Source: Octopus bimaculoides (Eukaryota). From it: DNA of 64,000 nt. The stretch is from assembly GCF_001194135.2 (NCBI RefSeq), contig NC_068990.1, positions 94,385,856-94,449,855 on the forward strand, in the 5' to 3' direction. Below the pieces are notes generated by a model. That model had not been told where the DNA came from, searched no databases, and saw nothing but the letters and a program-made list of their open reading frames with translations. Each line of letters begins with the position of its first letter. Position 1 is the stretch's first letter. Below, in pieces: positions 34,576 through 48,769 of this stretch. The translations under genes and the position numbers were made by a program.

Positions 34576-37500
34576 GACCCATACATTGACAGTTCCATAG
34601 CAACTGGTCAAAGATAAGGCCAGTATATATATAGGATTCAGGATTTTACTATATTTGTTACCACTACTTACACAACTTTTACTGCTGCTGCTGCTGCTAC
34701 TACTACTACTACTACTACTACTACCTCTGCTAGTTCTCTTGTTGTTGATACAACCATTCCCATCCACTTATACAGTTTTTGACATCCTTCTCTCAATGGT
34801 TTCTCTTCTGTGATCATGGACTGAGAGATTCTGTCCTTCAAAGCTTTAGCATTCATATTATTCACAAATGCAATACTTATTCACATTATTTTGAATTAAC
34901 CATGTATTATCTAGTAGCTAAGAGATTTTCATGATGTGATTGCTTATTTTTAGAATAACATTGTAGAATAGATGTGAGAGGCCTGGTAGAATATTTCATC
35001 TGAATCTGGCTCCTTAATTTGCTGTGTTGCACAATGCCAAAAGTGCTGAATGACTGACAGATGAAAGGAGGACAGAGTTCATGAATTGCAACTAAAAGCC
35101 ACATTAATTGACCCACCACGAACTTCAGGCGATGGTAATCAGATTTATTGACCTACAGAGATCATCATCTTCATCATTTAACATCTGTTTTCCATACTGG
35201 CATGGGCTGGAATAGTTTGACAGGAGTTGGCTTGAGGTCCTTGTGAATTCTTGGCTAAGAAGCAGCCAAGAATTCACAAGGACCTCGAGCCCACAAGAGT
35301 TAACGAGTGAAACAGAGACAGACAGAAACAAGAAAAATGCCCCTGTTATTTGAATACTATACAAAAATGTCTTTAAAAAGACTTTTCTTTTAAATTTACC
35401 AAAATTTAATTTTTCAAAAATCTATTATTCATATTAACTGTTGAAAAGATCTCAAGGATCGAAACCGGTTCTGTAATGTTCTTTATAAAAGTATTTTACC
35501 ATTTTCTACTTTGTCTTTTTTCCATATATATATCTACTCGTGTGTTCCTCTTCAACCTTTTACATATATATATATTTAGATTAACATTAAAACATTCAGA
35601 AAGAGAAAAAGGAGAAAGGAAGTAAAAGAAAGAGCAAGCTAGAAATGAAACAATGCTGAGAGAACTGAAAACTTAACATTTAACTTTTCAAAACTATAAC
35701 ATCTATAATGAAAATATTTAACAAATTTCTAAATCTATTTAATGAATTAATAAACCAAAGAAACAGATGACAAATATATTCACTGACAAAGTCTCACATA
35801 TATAAATACCTAGATTTTTGTTCATTTCTTGAAATAACTTTTCTCCTCTTAATGCATGTCCCAAGGGTTCTCTTTGTCTCCCTCAATGATCAACTAGTTT
35901 TGATTTCACAGCAATGTCTGTTCACAGCTACCATGTCAGCTACAACTACACCATGTCAACCTCTTCCAGCACACTCTACCTTATTGTTTATCTGACCTGT
36001 CATTTTCATAAAAAGCCTGACATAACAAAAACAAAAAACAATGCAACTCACTCACTTTTGCAGTATTTGTTGCACATTGAATGTTTTCGTTATTAACTCT
36101 GAGTTGAATAATTTTTTCCAAGTGCAAGCTGTCATCTTAAACCACCTAATGGACAAGAGTTGTTGAGTGGGTTTGGACAAGCAAATTAGACATCACACTA
36201 ACAAGTGTGTTCACTATTATATTGGTAGCTACTTTCATCACCACCCCCTCACCAAAGCTGCCACTTTGGCCAGCACAGCTAAGCACTAATTAAGAAGATT
36301 CACTGCTGTGTTCACAGTTTACAAGTACAAATATACATTTTCAACTGGTTGGTAGTGAACACACACAAGGTTAACATAATGTACACACACACACATTTTT
36401 CTTTTGTACTGTTGGCAAGGAACATTCATTAGACAATTACACCAGACTACCTTGAAGAAAGCTCACAAACTGGTGGTTTATAGTAAATTGGTTGATGTTA
36501 AAAGAGAATACTTTGCTGTAACAATTTATATAAAACATTATAATCAAGCTGAACCAATAGAAAATGTATTTACAAGTGAGAGGAGGGAGAGAAGGGAATG
36601 CTAGCATGGGTATCTCTATATATAAAGAGAGAGAGAGGTGGAAAGAGAAAGACAACTTGACAAGAAAGAAGTAACTTAGAGAGAAAGAGGGAATCAGTCA
36701 AGAAGAAAGAAAGAAAGAAAGAAAGAGAGATAATGTGGAAGATTTAATGAAGAGAGTTGAATTTCTTTAAAGAATTTGTAACAATATTTTTTCCTTCTTT
36801 TTGTTGGGTCTGGAAGAAGGGACCAGTGCCTGTGGCCTTTGTAAGCTCTTCCGACTCCTCGACCAGTGAAGCTGATGCTAGGAAAGACATAAGGAGGAAG
36901 GGAATTGCAGGAGGGGGGAAGGACTGGGTGAATTATAGGGAGGGGCTGGGATGTTGGACACAACAAGAGGAAGAGAGAGATAAATAGATGGCGAGAGTGC
37001 CTGGAAACATGTGGCATTGAGCCCAGCCAACTCCAAGGAGCAGAGGACTAATAGAGTAGTAATAGGAAAGGCAGAGAGAGAGGGAACCTTGGAGAAGTGG
37101 GTCAGAAACTGGAGTGTATCTGTGAGAGGTTTTACGTTAATCACTTGAGTGCCTGTTTTCTAGATGAGGTCCAGGTTGTCTGTGCAGAACAGCATTCACA
37201 CTGCTCCTCATGTGAGGGCAATACTCTGCTGAGAGCAACTTATGAAGATGGTGAGCTGGAAGAGTGTTGGAAAAATGCTTTGTGGTACTTTACGATCTGA
37301 GTTCAAATCCAACTGAGGTCAATTTTGCTTTGTACACATTGTAAGGTAGTTGGTATTAGGAAGGGTGTTTTACCATAGGAAACATGTGAAAGCTGACACT
37401 AGAGCTTAGCAAAGCCCTGCAGCTTGTCAGATCCTGTCAAACTATCCAATCTGTGCCAGCATATAGTTTCAATAATTATGGCTACAATAATGAGTTTAAA

Positions 37501-38081
37501 AAATTTTTTTAAAGTTTATAATTGGGTGGAGGTAGAATATAAAAATAATACAAAGATCTTTGAGTTAACATTTAGAAAACACTTTTGTTTGTTTTTTGCA
37601 TGGGTGTGTGTTTCCAGAGTGGCATCGAAGTCAATTAAACTTCTGAAGATAGGCATCAGCTTTAACAGAGTTTTGATTAGTTGAAAGTATTTTATTTTAT
37701 TTATGTGTAGCTGGGAGAAGAATGAACATTTATTTTCCTCTTCCTATTTCAATTGATAATATCAACATTAAAAGATGAAACAAAGGTAAAATGAATAAAT
37801 TATGCGAACGACTGTGTGTGTGTGTGTGTGTAAAAAGCCAGTGAAAGAGTTGGCTTGGTATCATGTAGCATGCTTTTGTCAATTGTTTTAGGTGCCTGTG
37901 TGGTTACAAGCAGACATAGATACATCTTGACTCTGACATGCTTTAACTCAGTGGAATAGCCAAGATAGGAGACTGGAACAATCTGAAGTGGAAGGCCTTC
38001 CTGGTCCACGAATAGAATCCACAACATTCATGACTGTGAGTTGAATACCCTAACCACAACTTTGTATGCAGAGGTCGGTAT

Positions 38082-38120
<39 letters not shown>

Positions 38121-38859
38121 ACACATTAATAATCTGGAGTCAAACAATGAAGATACACTTGTACCACATTCCTGCAATAACAACTTAAATAGTGTTGCCT
38201 TTCATTTCAATTATGGTTTCATCTTACAAATTCAAAGTAGGATGAGTTTTTTTTTTTTTTCCTGGAAGAACAGAAGAATGAAACAGTGATTGAAAGACAT
38301 CAACCACTAAATCCTGGTTAATATTCTCATCATCATTTTAATGTCTATTTTGCCATGTTTACATGGGTCAGACAAGAGTATTTTATGATAAACTTTTCTG
38401 CAGCTGGAACTCCTTCCCGATCCCAACCTCACTTATTTGAAAGTGAGATAATAACCTTCTAGGTCTATTGAGCAACAAACTGCCTAGATAATAGGGTTAC
38501 AAGGAGAACTGGAAACAATGCATAATGTATGAATGAGCTTTTTCACTACAAAGATCACACAACATAACAAGACATGCCAGGGTCTTCACAAGAGACTACA
38601 AACAAATGACACTGCTTGTGAAGCCCTTCTTTATAAACTAGTGAATGAATACCTGTGTGCAGTAATATGAACTCACTTGTGCCCCTCCACCACACAAACA
38701 GAGGTTTCTTTCAATTTCCCCTCACAAGCCTCAGTCTACCTCGGGCTACAGTAGCAGATATTTGCCCAAAATGTCATGTCATGAGGCTGAACCTGAAACC
38801 ACACAGTTCTGCCATCAACCGATTTATTTATGGGCTGCTAGCATAAATATTTATGTTAT

Positions 38860-39830
38860 ATCTAAGACTGGCTGCCCCTGGGAGCTTCTCTACACTGATG
38901 ACCTTATTCTTAAAGCTGAATCACTACCAGACCCAGAGAAGAAATTTCAGGTGTGGAAGCAAAGCCTGGAATCTAGAGTTTTAGAGTTAATTAAGCAAAG
39001 ACCAAAGTCCTAGAAAGTAGGAAAACAGACAAATCACAAGTCTCTTCAGGGAGACGGCCCTGCTTGATATGTAAGAAGGGTGTTGGTAGGAACTCCATAC
39101 GTTGTACCCAGTGCAGACTTTGGACACATAAGAGGTGTAGCTGCATCACAGGAAGGTTAACAGAGAAAATAGTCTTTGTGTGTGGCAAATGTGTGGCTAC
39201 AATAAGCACTAAAAATGCACAGACTTCTTCAAATGCTTGGGGGATGCTTAGAAGAAGTAGATAGCTTCTGTTACCTAGGCAACCTAGTTAGCAGTGGAGG
39301 AAGGAGTTCTGAAAATGTAGTTCCTAGAATAAGAGCAGGCTGAGCAAAGTTCAGAGAGCTTCTACCTTTGTTGGTAACTAAGGGCCTCTCCCTCAGAGTG
39401 AAAGGCAGATTGTATGATGCCTGTGTATGTACAGCTATGCTACATGGCAGTGAGTCATGGGCTGTGACTGAAGAGAATGTGTGAAGGCTTGAAAGAAATG
39501 AAGCCAGCATGTTCTGCTGGATGGTGAATGTCAGTGTGCAGGCACATGGCAGAATATAATTGATTTAAGACAAAAACTGGGTGTAAGAGGCATCGGATGT
39601 TGTGTGCAGGAGTGAAGACTGCACTGGTTTGGTCATGTGATGCGTATGGATGAGGACAGCTGCATAAAGAAGTGCCAATCTCTAACTGTGGAGAGAACCC
39701 ATGGAAGGGGTAGACCGAGGAAGACATGGGACAAAGTGGTAAGAAAGGATCTTTAGATGCTGGCCCTCACTGAGGAAATGACAAGGGACCAGAAGTTGTG
39801 GTGGTTTGCTGTACTTGATAAGATACATCA
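38860..39830 (+). mobile_element. RTE-clade LINE, 5'-truncated RT C-terminal fragment
   Basis: KTGCPWELLYTDDL (YADD motif), GRNSIRCTQCRLWTHKRCS zinc knuckle, KGRLYDACV.TAMLHGSE, GRPRKTW; stops and frameshifts present. Confidence 0.9.
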
Positions 39831-40046
39831 AGTTAAGTGAAATTGCTGTTTTTCACACATGCAGGTTTGTCCTTTGCCAGTGCCACATAAAAATGCACTC
39901 ATGCACATATACACAAAGACCATGTGATATTGAGACATCTGGTACACACACACAAACAAATATATTCTATGTGTGAGAGAGAGAGAGGGGAAGGAAAGAA
40001 GAAAGAATGATGAGAAAGGAGGAATAGATTTAGAGCATATACTCAC

Positions 40047-40182
40047 GCCAACATCAAAGATGGAACTGACAGGTTTGTGGTCACTTATTTTCAGTTCATT
40101 ATGAGATCTGTAACAACTCTGGCAGACAGCGGAACCTTTCCATAAAATACGGTCACACCAGGCAGGCGCACGGCATTTTTCA
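40047..40182 (-). CDS. OCRL: OCRL exon (5-phosphatase catalytic motif 2)
   Basis: aattttag|T...GGC|gtgagt; [45 protein letters not shown]. Confidence 0.96.
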
Positions 40183-40940
40183 CTAAAATTAAAGAGACAA
40201 AAAGTTACATTAATCCAAGGGAAATGCTTATTGGGAATTACGCACACAAGTGTTTCTTTTTTTCCCCCAAGTGGTTCAATGGCATGTGTGCAATGTGATA
40301 AAGGTAACAGGAAGTAAAGCTGGCTCTAAATTTAGGTTAACAATATTAATATCCATAGAAAGAGGTGTGGAGTGGAGAAGTAGTGATTGTGGTGAATGTT
40401 ATGGGAGTGGTGGAAGGCATACAATAGAAGCAATGGTGTTTGTAGTTTAGCACCCAGTCCCCACCCCCACCACTGCAAGTGACCCATGATAAAAGACATC
40501 TACAGTTATCCAGCCTTTTGTATATTCAAGACTATATGGTCTAATGTATCTTTCCATTTTGAAGTAAAGTGTTCGTGGGATTTTGCTGCTATCTCTAGCA
40601 TAGTCAAATGACCATATACAAGCTTTTTCTGTCAGTTCATTTGGCTGAGAAGAGAATTGGTGTGTTAACCCTCTCAGACCTGAGCCCCTGTATCTAACTT
40701 TACCCTCCACCTGGGCTCCAGAGCAGAAAATTAAATAGTTGCATATACAGTCCAAGAGTAATGATTCGAAGCAAACTAAAGGACAGAATCGGCTGCAGCT
40801 TCTTTTTCTGTGTCTGTTGTTCATTATGGCTTTATCAAGAATCCAGCAGAGATGACGTTTAAATTATTCCTAATATGGTGTGACAGGGTTAAGATAAGTT
40901 GGAGGTGGTGATAACAGCAACAGAAGAGAAAATGGATATT

Positions 40941-40943
<3 letters not shown>

Positions 40944-40988
<45 letters not shown>

Positions 40989-41075
40989 GTTGTTACATCT
41001 TTGACATTGAAAGCAATGTATTATGTATAATGAACCATGAATGATGAAAGTGAGAAGGGGAGAGAGGGATTAGGA

Positions 41076-41123
<48 letters not shown>

Positions 41124-41148
41124 TGGTAGTAGTGGTAGTAGTAGTAGT
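40944..41148. repeat. (AG)n and (GTA)n microsatellites
   Basis: (AG)n at 40944-40987; (GTA/GTG)n at 41078-41148. Confidence 0.9.
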
Positions 41149-41593
41149 AACTGTTATTATTGTTTGGTCCCAATCAAATTTCAGTTGTGACCATTTTGAG
41201 TTTATTGTCAGATATAAAGAATTCCCCTTCTTTTTCTTAAGACTTAGCAAAGGGAGGAAAGGTAGCATTAATGATTTTTCCAAGAGCTCTGTGACTGGAG
41301 GGAGAAAGTTATTTTCAGATGGGAAACCTGACCAAGAAGCATGCAACNNNNNNNNNNNNNNNNNNNNNNNNNNNNNNNNNNNTACTACAAGCACGCAAGG
41401 GATCAGGTGGTGGAGTCAAGCAGAGCAATAGATCAAGTCTGTACTCGGGTCTTGGACAACATTATCCTTTCTACTTTTTTTAAGAGAGAAGGGTGTGATT
41501 TGAGGGAGATATGGCTGCCACATATGTTTAGTGACTGTGTATGATGTAAGAGAGAAAATCTGGTGATGGAAATGAATTCTAAGTAAATCCTAC

Positions 41594-41703
41594 CTTGAAT
41601 CCCAGTTGTCTGTGCCTGTGTCATATTTATATGTTGGTCTAAAGGAAATATCACCTTCTGTAAAACCTTTGAACACATCTGACTTTCCTAATTGTTTATA
41701 GAG
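41594..41703 (-). CDS. OCRL: OCRL exon (5-phosphatase)
   Basis: attttcag|CTC...AG|gtagga; LYKQLGKSDVFKGFTEGDISFRPTYKYDTGTDNWDS. Confidence 0.95.
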
Positions 41704-42261
41704 CTGAAAATATCAGAACAGATGAAAGAAATCATATAAAAAAAAGAGAGAAGAATATCAGTGTCAATTGGAGAAGTGTTGCTCTTCTATTTTGACAACA
41801 GGAAAAAAACTAATGAAAATATTTACAATTTACTTTTTAATTTTTTAGAATGTTTTACAAACATGATAATCAATATAAAGATATTACATTGGTATATAAT
41901 TGATAATGACTATAAAGATATTATCATCATCACTATCATTTAACGTCTGCTTTCCATGCTGGCATGGGTTGGATGGTTTGACTGAAGACTGGCAAGCCAG
42001 AAGGCTATACCAGGCTCCAATCTGATCTGGCAAGATTTCTACAGCTGGCTGCCCTTCCTAATGCCAACCACTCTGAGATTGTAGAGGGTGCTTTTTATGT
42101 GCCACTGGCATGAGGGCCAGTAAGGTGGTACTGGCATTGACCATGACAATGAATTCACTTGGCTCACCAGAGCTTCTCAAGTGCAGTTAATTGCCCAATA
42201 ATTGAAGAGTACTCTTAAATGGGCCAGTTATGCTACACTGGCATAAGCCACAGTTACAGTC

Positions 42262-43139
42262 TCACTTGGTTTGCTGGGTCTTCTCATATACAACATATTG
42301 CCAAAGGTCTCGGTTGCTTGTCATCGCCTTCGTGAGGCCCAAAGTTTGAAGGTCATGCTTCACCATCTCATCCCATGTCTTCCTGGGCCTACCTCTCCCA
42401 CAGTTTCGCTCCACTGTTGGGGTGTGACACCTTTTTGTGCAGCTCTCCTCATCCATATGCAACACATTATCATACCAGTGCAGTCGTCTCTCTTGCACAC
42501 ATCTGATGCTTCTTAGGTCCAATTTTTCTCTCAGGGCACTTACACACTATTGTGTGTGCACACTGACATTACACATCCAGCAGAGCATACTAGCTTCATT
42601 TCTTGCAAGCTTACGCATGTTCTCAGCCATGTAGCATGGCTGTTCGCACACATGCGTCATACAGTCTACCTTTTACTCTGAGTGAAAGGCCCTTTGTCAC
42701 CAGCAGAAGTAGGAACTCTCTGAACTTTGCCCAGGCTATTCTTATTCTAGTAGCTACACTTTCAGAGCATTCACCCCAGCTACTGACTTGGTCACCTAGG
42801 TAACGGAAGCTATCAACTACTTCTAGTTTTTCTCCCTGGCATATGATGGAAGCTGTTTTCTGCACATTTTCAGTGTTTATTGCCCCTGAGCATTTACCAC
42901 ACACAAAAACTATCTTCTCAGTTAGCCTTCCTTTGATGTTGCTGCACCTCTTATGTGTCCAGAGCTTGCACTGGGTACATCTTATGGAGTTTCTACCTGA
43001 AGGGATTTGTGATTTGTCTGCCTTCCTACTTACTAAGACCTTGGTTTTTGCTCGATTCACTGTAAAGTCCTTCGATTCTAATCCTTGCTTCCACACCTGA
43101 AACTTTAGTTCTGATAGTGACTCAGCTATTAGAGCAAGG
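42262..43139 (-). mobile_element. RTE-clade LINE fragment
   Basis: WKQGLESK...NSIRCTQCKLWTHKRCS...VDSFRYLGDQ...RVKGRLYDACVRTAMLHG and GRGRPRKTWDEMVKHDL. Confidence 0.9.
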
Positions 43140-43199
43140 TCAACAGTATAGAGGAGCTCCCATGGGAATCCTGTCTTGAATTCCTCTGTTATTGATCGT

Positions 43200-43535
43200 T
43201 ACCAATGTCGCCTTCCTGGCACGTGAAAAGACATTCGAGCGAGATCGTTGCCAGTGCCGGTGGACTGGCTCCTGTGCAGGTGACACATAAAATACACCAT
43301 TTCGAGCATGGCCGTTGCCAGTACCACCTGACTGGCCCTCGTGCCAGTGGCACGTAAAAGCACCCACTATACTCTCGGAGTGGTTGGCGTTAGGAAGGGC
43401 ATCCAGCTGTAGAAACTCTGCCAAATCAGATTGGAGCCTGGTGTTGCCTCCTGGTCCACCAGTCCTCAGTCAAATCGTCCAACCCATGCTAGCATGGAAA
43501 GTGGACGTTAAATGACGACGATGATGATGATGATT
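43200..43535. mobile_element. RTE-tail SINE-like repeat
   Basis: Same consensus and orientation as 34245-34575; older copies at ~41930-42260, 47425-47500, 51170-51550. Confidence 0.8.
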
Positions 43536-44227
43536 TTCCAGCAGGATTTGGTGCCTGCATCAAGTGCCAAAAGCAAGGAGATCCAGATTTGTTGATCATC
43601 ACAAGAGTATGGCTCACCTGATCCGGACACCAGAGCAAGAGAATCAATGAAGTAGAATAATAAAAGAAAATGATTAACTTGTGTCCGAGTAATCAGGTGG
43701 AGCTAAAGGCAGTTATTGAGATGACCTGTGATTCCATGACATCTGAGCATCCTCAGGATATATTCAAGAGAAACTAAAAGAATTTCAGCCAAGTCTTAAC
43801 CAAAATTCTGTAATTATCCATTTTTTAAAATCAATTTGTTCTAATATAATGATCTGTCTTGGATGTCAGGTACCACATTCTAATGTTTAGGAAGATTGGA
43901 TTTTTAATGATTCTTGTACGGCAATGATGCAGTTGTTATCATCATCAACGTTGTCTTAACATCCACTTTTCCCTTCTTGCATCCGTCAGATGCCTTTCCT
44001 ATCACCAACTCTCACTGGTTTTCAAGTAAGTTAATACTTACCGATGGCCAGACTTTGTTTATGCAGAAGATTGGAAATCAATGATATTGCTTGCATGACA
44101 GTGACACTCATTTACAACTTGCGTGTGTGATGTGCATCGTTAATAACCTGATTGTCTTAAATTTGATGGTGATATGCAGATGATTTATGATACAGATACC
44201 AACTTGAGTGAAGTGAATGATACCAAC

Positions 44228-44339
44228 CTGATCATAAGGAAAAAGTTTGGAGTAAACTTTGCTATCAATATATTTCTTCACATCATTGATATCGATTTCT
44301 GATAAACGGTAGTTTAAATCACCAATCCAAAAGATAACT
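44228..44339 (-). CDS. OCRL: OCRL exon (5-phosphatase catalytic motif 1)
   Basis: tttttctag|A...CAG|gttggt; VIFWIGDLNYRLSEIDINDVKKYIDSKVYSKLFPYDQ. Confidence 0.96.
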
Positions 44340-44936
44340 CTAGAAAAAAAAAAAGGCAAGAAAAGGAGTGAAATTATTTTGTTTGTTGATGTTTCTTTAT
44401 GCTTAAATTACAGGAGAGAAAAATGAGAAGTTGCTAAACTCAGGTGAAAATGATATATTAGCCTCACAGGTGAAAATTAACAACTTCCTCTTAGTCTATT
44501 TCATTGAATGAATGGAGGCATTGTAGAGCATTGGGGTCTCTTTTGTCTTGTGGGGGATAAGGAAATTGCGTTGGTGCCGTGGTAATATACACCTAGTACA
44601 CTCTGTAATGAGTGTACTGGCGAATGGATTGAGACAATGTAGAGTTGAGAGAAATCTTTTAGTCTTGTCAAGAACATGAGAACCTCTTTGTATGGTGGTT
44701 GTATGACAAAATGGAGTGAGTCAAGTGATTGGTATTTTGGCTCTGTTAATGTTTTTATCTTTTGTAAAGAATCAATGTGTCGGTGATGAGATCCCTTTTG
44801 GTGGGACAACAGAGGGGAACGAAAAACCCATAAAACAAAAAGATACGAATTAAGAACAAAAAACAAGTGATAGAAAAAGACAGAGATAGGCAAAATAATA
44901 GAAAAAGAGAGAATGGGAATAAAACAGCTTATATAC

Positions 44937-45007
44937 TCATGGTCGTGCATAGTAAGGTGAGGAACGAACTGTCGGAACCGGAGGCGGCTGACAATATCTC
45001 TGTAGTC
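44937..45007 (-). CDS. OCRL: OCRL exon (5-phosphatase)
   Basis: tttctttctag|GAC...GA|gtatat; DYRDIVSRLRFRQFVPHLTMHDH. Confidence 0.9.
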
Positions 45008-45016
45008 CTAGAAAGA

Positions 45017-45055
<39 letters not shown>

Positions 45056-45084
45056 CATAATAAATACAAAACAGTTTTGTAAAA

Positions 45085-46150
45085 CAGTTCAGGAAGGAAT
45101 TTGGCCTTGATAAATGTGCAAAAGCTACCTTTATCAGAGGGAAAATGAGAGAAACATCCAATGTTAAACTTGACCCAGGGAATGTTATAAAGGAGTTAGA
45201 ACCAGAGGAGGGTTACAAATACTTAGAGGTATATGAAGGTGATGGAATTAAACATTCAATGACGAGGGAAAAGACCAGAAAAGAATGTTATCACAGGGTA
45301 AGGGCAATACTCAAGATAAAGCTGAATGCAAGAAACAGGATCGAAGCTTTAGCCGTACTAGTTGTGGCTTGGAATCTAGAATCTTGATAGAAAAATTTGA
45401 AAATTGTTGACAATGAATAGAATGCACCACCTTAAGGCAGATATAGAATGACATTACTTGCCAAGAAAAGAGGGTAGCTAATGGACTGTGGCAACTAAAA
45501 TTCACACTGAAGATTGCCACAATTGGCCTAAACACTTACCTGAAAAACTCTGATGACTGGATGTTAAAACTTAAAGCACGGAAACAAGAAAATCGCATAC
45601 TCAGTAGCAAAACAAGTAAGGAAATATCTAAGCGAATTTCAAATACAGCTAGTCCCAGGATTAGATATACTGGAAAGAAGCACAGAAAAGCTAAGCGTAT
45701 GAAAACCCTTGCTAAAAGTGCTACCTTAGATATTTTCACTGATAAATGGAAAGAAAAGTCTCTCAATGGCAAATATCCAAAGGGAGCTAATAATGCTGAT
45801 ATTGACAAAACCCTTAGCATTGGTTGGCATTTTCTGGCTTAAAATCAGAGACAGAAGGGTTTATCATAGTAGCCCAGGATCAATGGCTACCTACAAGAAG
45901 CCATCAGGCTAACATGTCATGTATGCTACCAACAGGCTAAAACCATCAATCATATTGTCTCCAAAACCATCTCAGTTGTTGTAGGTGCCCTGGGAATGAT
46001 CAACAAAAGTAAGACAAATGTTTTGACCAGATTCCTGAGAACCCAACAATCTATGAGACTCAAAAAATTGTGTTGACATCAACCACCCACATTCTCAGGA
46101 AGTTTCTTGCCATCCAATATATACGTGCCTTAGGTCACTGGTTGAGACCG
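45085..46150 (+). mobile_element. R4/Dong-like non-LTR retrotransposon fragment (RT thumb to RLE domain)
   Basis: FGLDKCAKATFIRG...GYKYLEV...LNARNRIEA; later SETEGFIIVAQDQ and VVGALGMINK...QKIVLTSTTHILRKFL; degenerate. Confidence 0.8.
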
Positions 46151-46493
46151 GATCATAAGATGAAATTAAAGGGCCTCAGAGTTAATTTAGCAAAGAACAA
46201 AATACTAGAAAGCAGGAAAGCAGACAAATTACTAATCTTTTTAGGGAAAAGGTCCTGCTCGACATGTAGAAATGCCATCCAATGCAGGCTGGCAGGCTGG
46301 CAGGCTGGCAGGGGACTACAAATACGAAGGACACACAGGAAATAGATTCTCCTCTAATGCTCAGGGATTTCCTTAAGAGGCAGTAGATAGTTTCTATAAC
46401 CTACGTGGCCAAACCTACAGGGTAGGAGGATTCTCTGAAAGTGTAGCCGTTAGAACACTTATTACTACCTTCATATTTGCATATAAATCTTAC

Positions 46494-46601
46494 CTGGTTT
46501 CTCCGTTCAAATTCTTCCTGATGGGCAGCCAAGTGAGAATTTATGAAGCACAATGAAGTGTTATGAATTGTCATTCTTACAGCCACTCCTCCTTTGTTGC
46601 C
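46494..46601 (-). CDS. OCRL: OCRL exon (5-phosphatase)
   Basis: ccttttccag|GGC...CAG|gtaaga; [36 protein letters not shown]. Confidence 0.96.
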
Positions 46602-48209
46602 CTGGAAAAGGAGAAAAGAAACAGCATTAGACCTAAGTACATTATGAACATTCTCATGATAGATACACTACTACCCTTTAACATTTAAACCGGCCATATC
46701 TGGCCCAAATATTCTGTTTTCTGTTCCAACTGACCAGATCTTGTCTCTCACACTTGCACTACAATGTCATTCAAATATTAAACAATCACAACATTGACAT
46801 CTCAAAGATACAAGAAAATGCATGATTAATTCAAAACAATGTGAATATATAAGTATTACATTTGACAGAGGAATCTGAATGTGAAAGGGTTAAGGGGAAA
46901 TATATTAAGAGAAATAGAATTTAGGTCCTCAAGTGTTGAATACTTAAGTAGAAAAGCAAAAGCAGTTTTAAAATGTAATATTTTAGCTTCTGGTATAAAA
47001 CCATCTCCTTTTTTTACTTTCACTTAATTGAAGGGTTTTTTCTCTTTAACCTGCAAGTTACTTGGTGACCTCCCTAGTGCCAGTGTCACAAACAAAGGCA
47101 CCCAGTCATAGAAACCATACTAAAGTAGACATTGAAGCTCAACATCCAACCATGCCAGAATGTTAAAATGATGATGACTAGAAAGTCAAACCAACTCTAT
47201 CCTACAAAATAGCAAAATACTTAAAATTTATTTGAAATAAATTACAAATTCAATTAACTGTACAACCTAGAATATTATTATTCTAAGATGATTTGAAAAT
47301 AAAACATTTAGATGATCATATAAGCCAACACAATAAACTCCCTAACACTTGCTCCTTGAAGGTTTGCTCAGGTGCCCCTATCATCTTCTCAGCTATTGTT
47401 ATCTACCCTTATGTAATGCAAGTGGTTTCACCAGTCCTCAGTCAAATCGTCCAACCCATGCTAGCATGGAAAGCAGACGTTAAACGACGACGATGATGAT
47501 GATCATGAAGGTAGCCTTGCATCTCTATTGTGTGTCATACCTCTGCAGGTCCCTAGCATAAATCCGCCACCCCTCCACACTCTCAAATAACACCCTTTTA
47601 GTTGAGGAGTCCTTTTCCTTTTTCTTGTAAGATGCTGCTGTCATGTAAAAAAAGCACCCAGTCCACCTTGTAAAGTAGTCGGCATTAGGAAAGACATCTG
47701 GCCATAGAAACTATGCCAAAGCTGACTTGGAACATGATGCAGCCCTATGGCACACAAGATCCTGGCAGCATGGGTTGGCTGTTAAAATGTGCAACCCATA
47801 CAAGCAAAGATGATGACGACTGCATGTCTAGACAATTCATCATCATCATCCTTTAACATCTGCTGTCCATGCTTGCATGGATTGGACAGTTTGACCAGGG
47901 ATGGCAAGCTGCACCAGACTCCATTCTGATTCAGAGAAGATTGGAAAATATATGAACTGATATGTGAACATAAGAAAAAGATGTAAGAGAGGTTAATAAG
48001 TTACTCAGTCTAAATCGTTACAGACTGATTTAATGTCTTGACAATTTTTGTGTCTTGTAACTTGCAAGATTTGAAGAGATCCTTTTACTAACTAGAAATA
48101 TTGCGTTTGAAATGCTAATATTTATAAACAAACTACATGTATTGGCTTTCTTGTAATTCACAGACAGCAATTGACTGAATTATAAAAATATCAAAAAGTC
48201 GTTTCTTAC

Positions 48210-48326
48210 CAAAAGTCCCATGATGCCAGTTGCTACATAATCTGCATCAATATATTTCACAAAGGGGCTTAATTCTTTAGTCACAAATACAATCAACATT
48301 ACACCAACGAGTCGGATAAGTTTCAC
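48210..48326 (-). CDS. OCRL: OCRL exon (5-phosphatase)
   Basis: tatttccag|GTG...TTG|gtaaga; VKLIRLVGVMLIVFVTKELSPFVKYIDADYVATGIMGLL. Confidence 0.95.
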
Positions 48327-48769
48327 CTGGAAATAAAAATATCATTAGTGTTAAGTCAATTAATAGGCACCTTCATATCTATAAATAAACTGTATCGTTT
48401 CAAGCAAACGACAAGATGGAATTTCTTAATGTTGAGCAATTCCAGTTGGGAACCAAGCTAATAGCTCTGATGGAGTTGTATGGAAAAAAAAAACACCAGA
48501 GTCTGTTGAGGTTTTGATAAACAACAATTTATTCTTTTCCTACACAAAAAATGAATGCTGTCATTACTATGGATGACAAAATGTTGAGAGAGTTTTTGTT
48601 CTTGGTGTAGTTGTAGCAGCAGATAAAGCATTGTTAGTTGCTTGATGGCTACTAACTTCTAATGTCGTTTGTCCTCTGTCCATTGCCTCCGTGTTGTCGA
48701 CTGCCGTCTCAGTTGGCCAACTCCTAGAGTGTCTGTCAATGATCTCTGCTGCACCCCAAAGCTTTCTGT

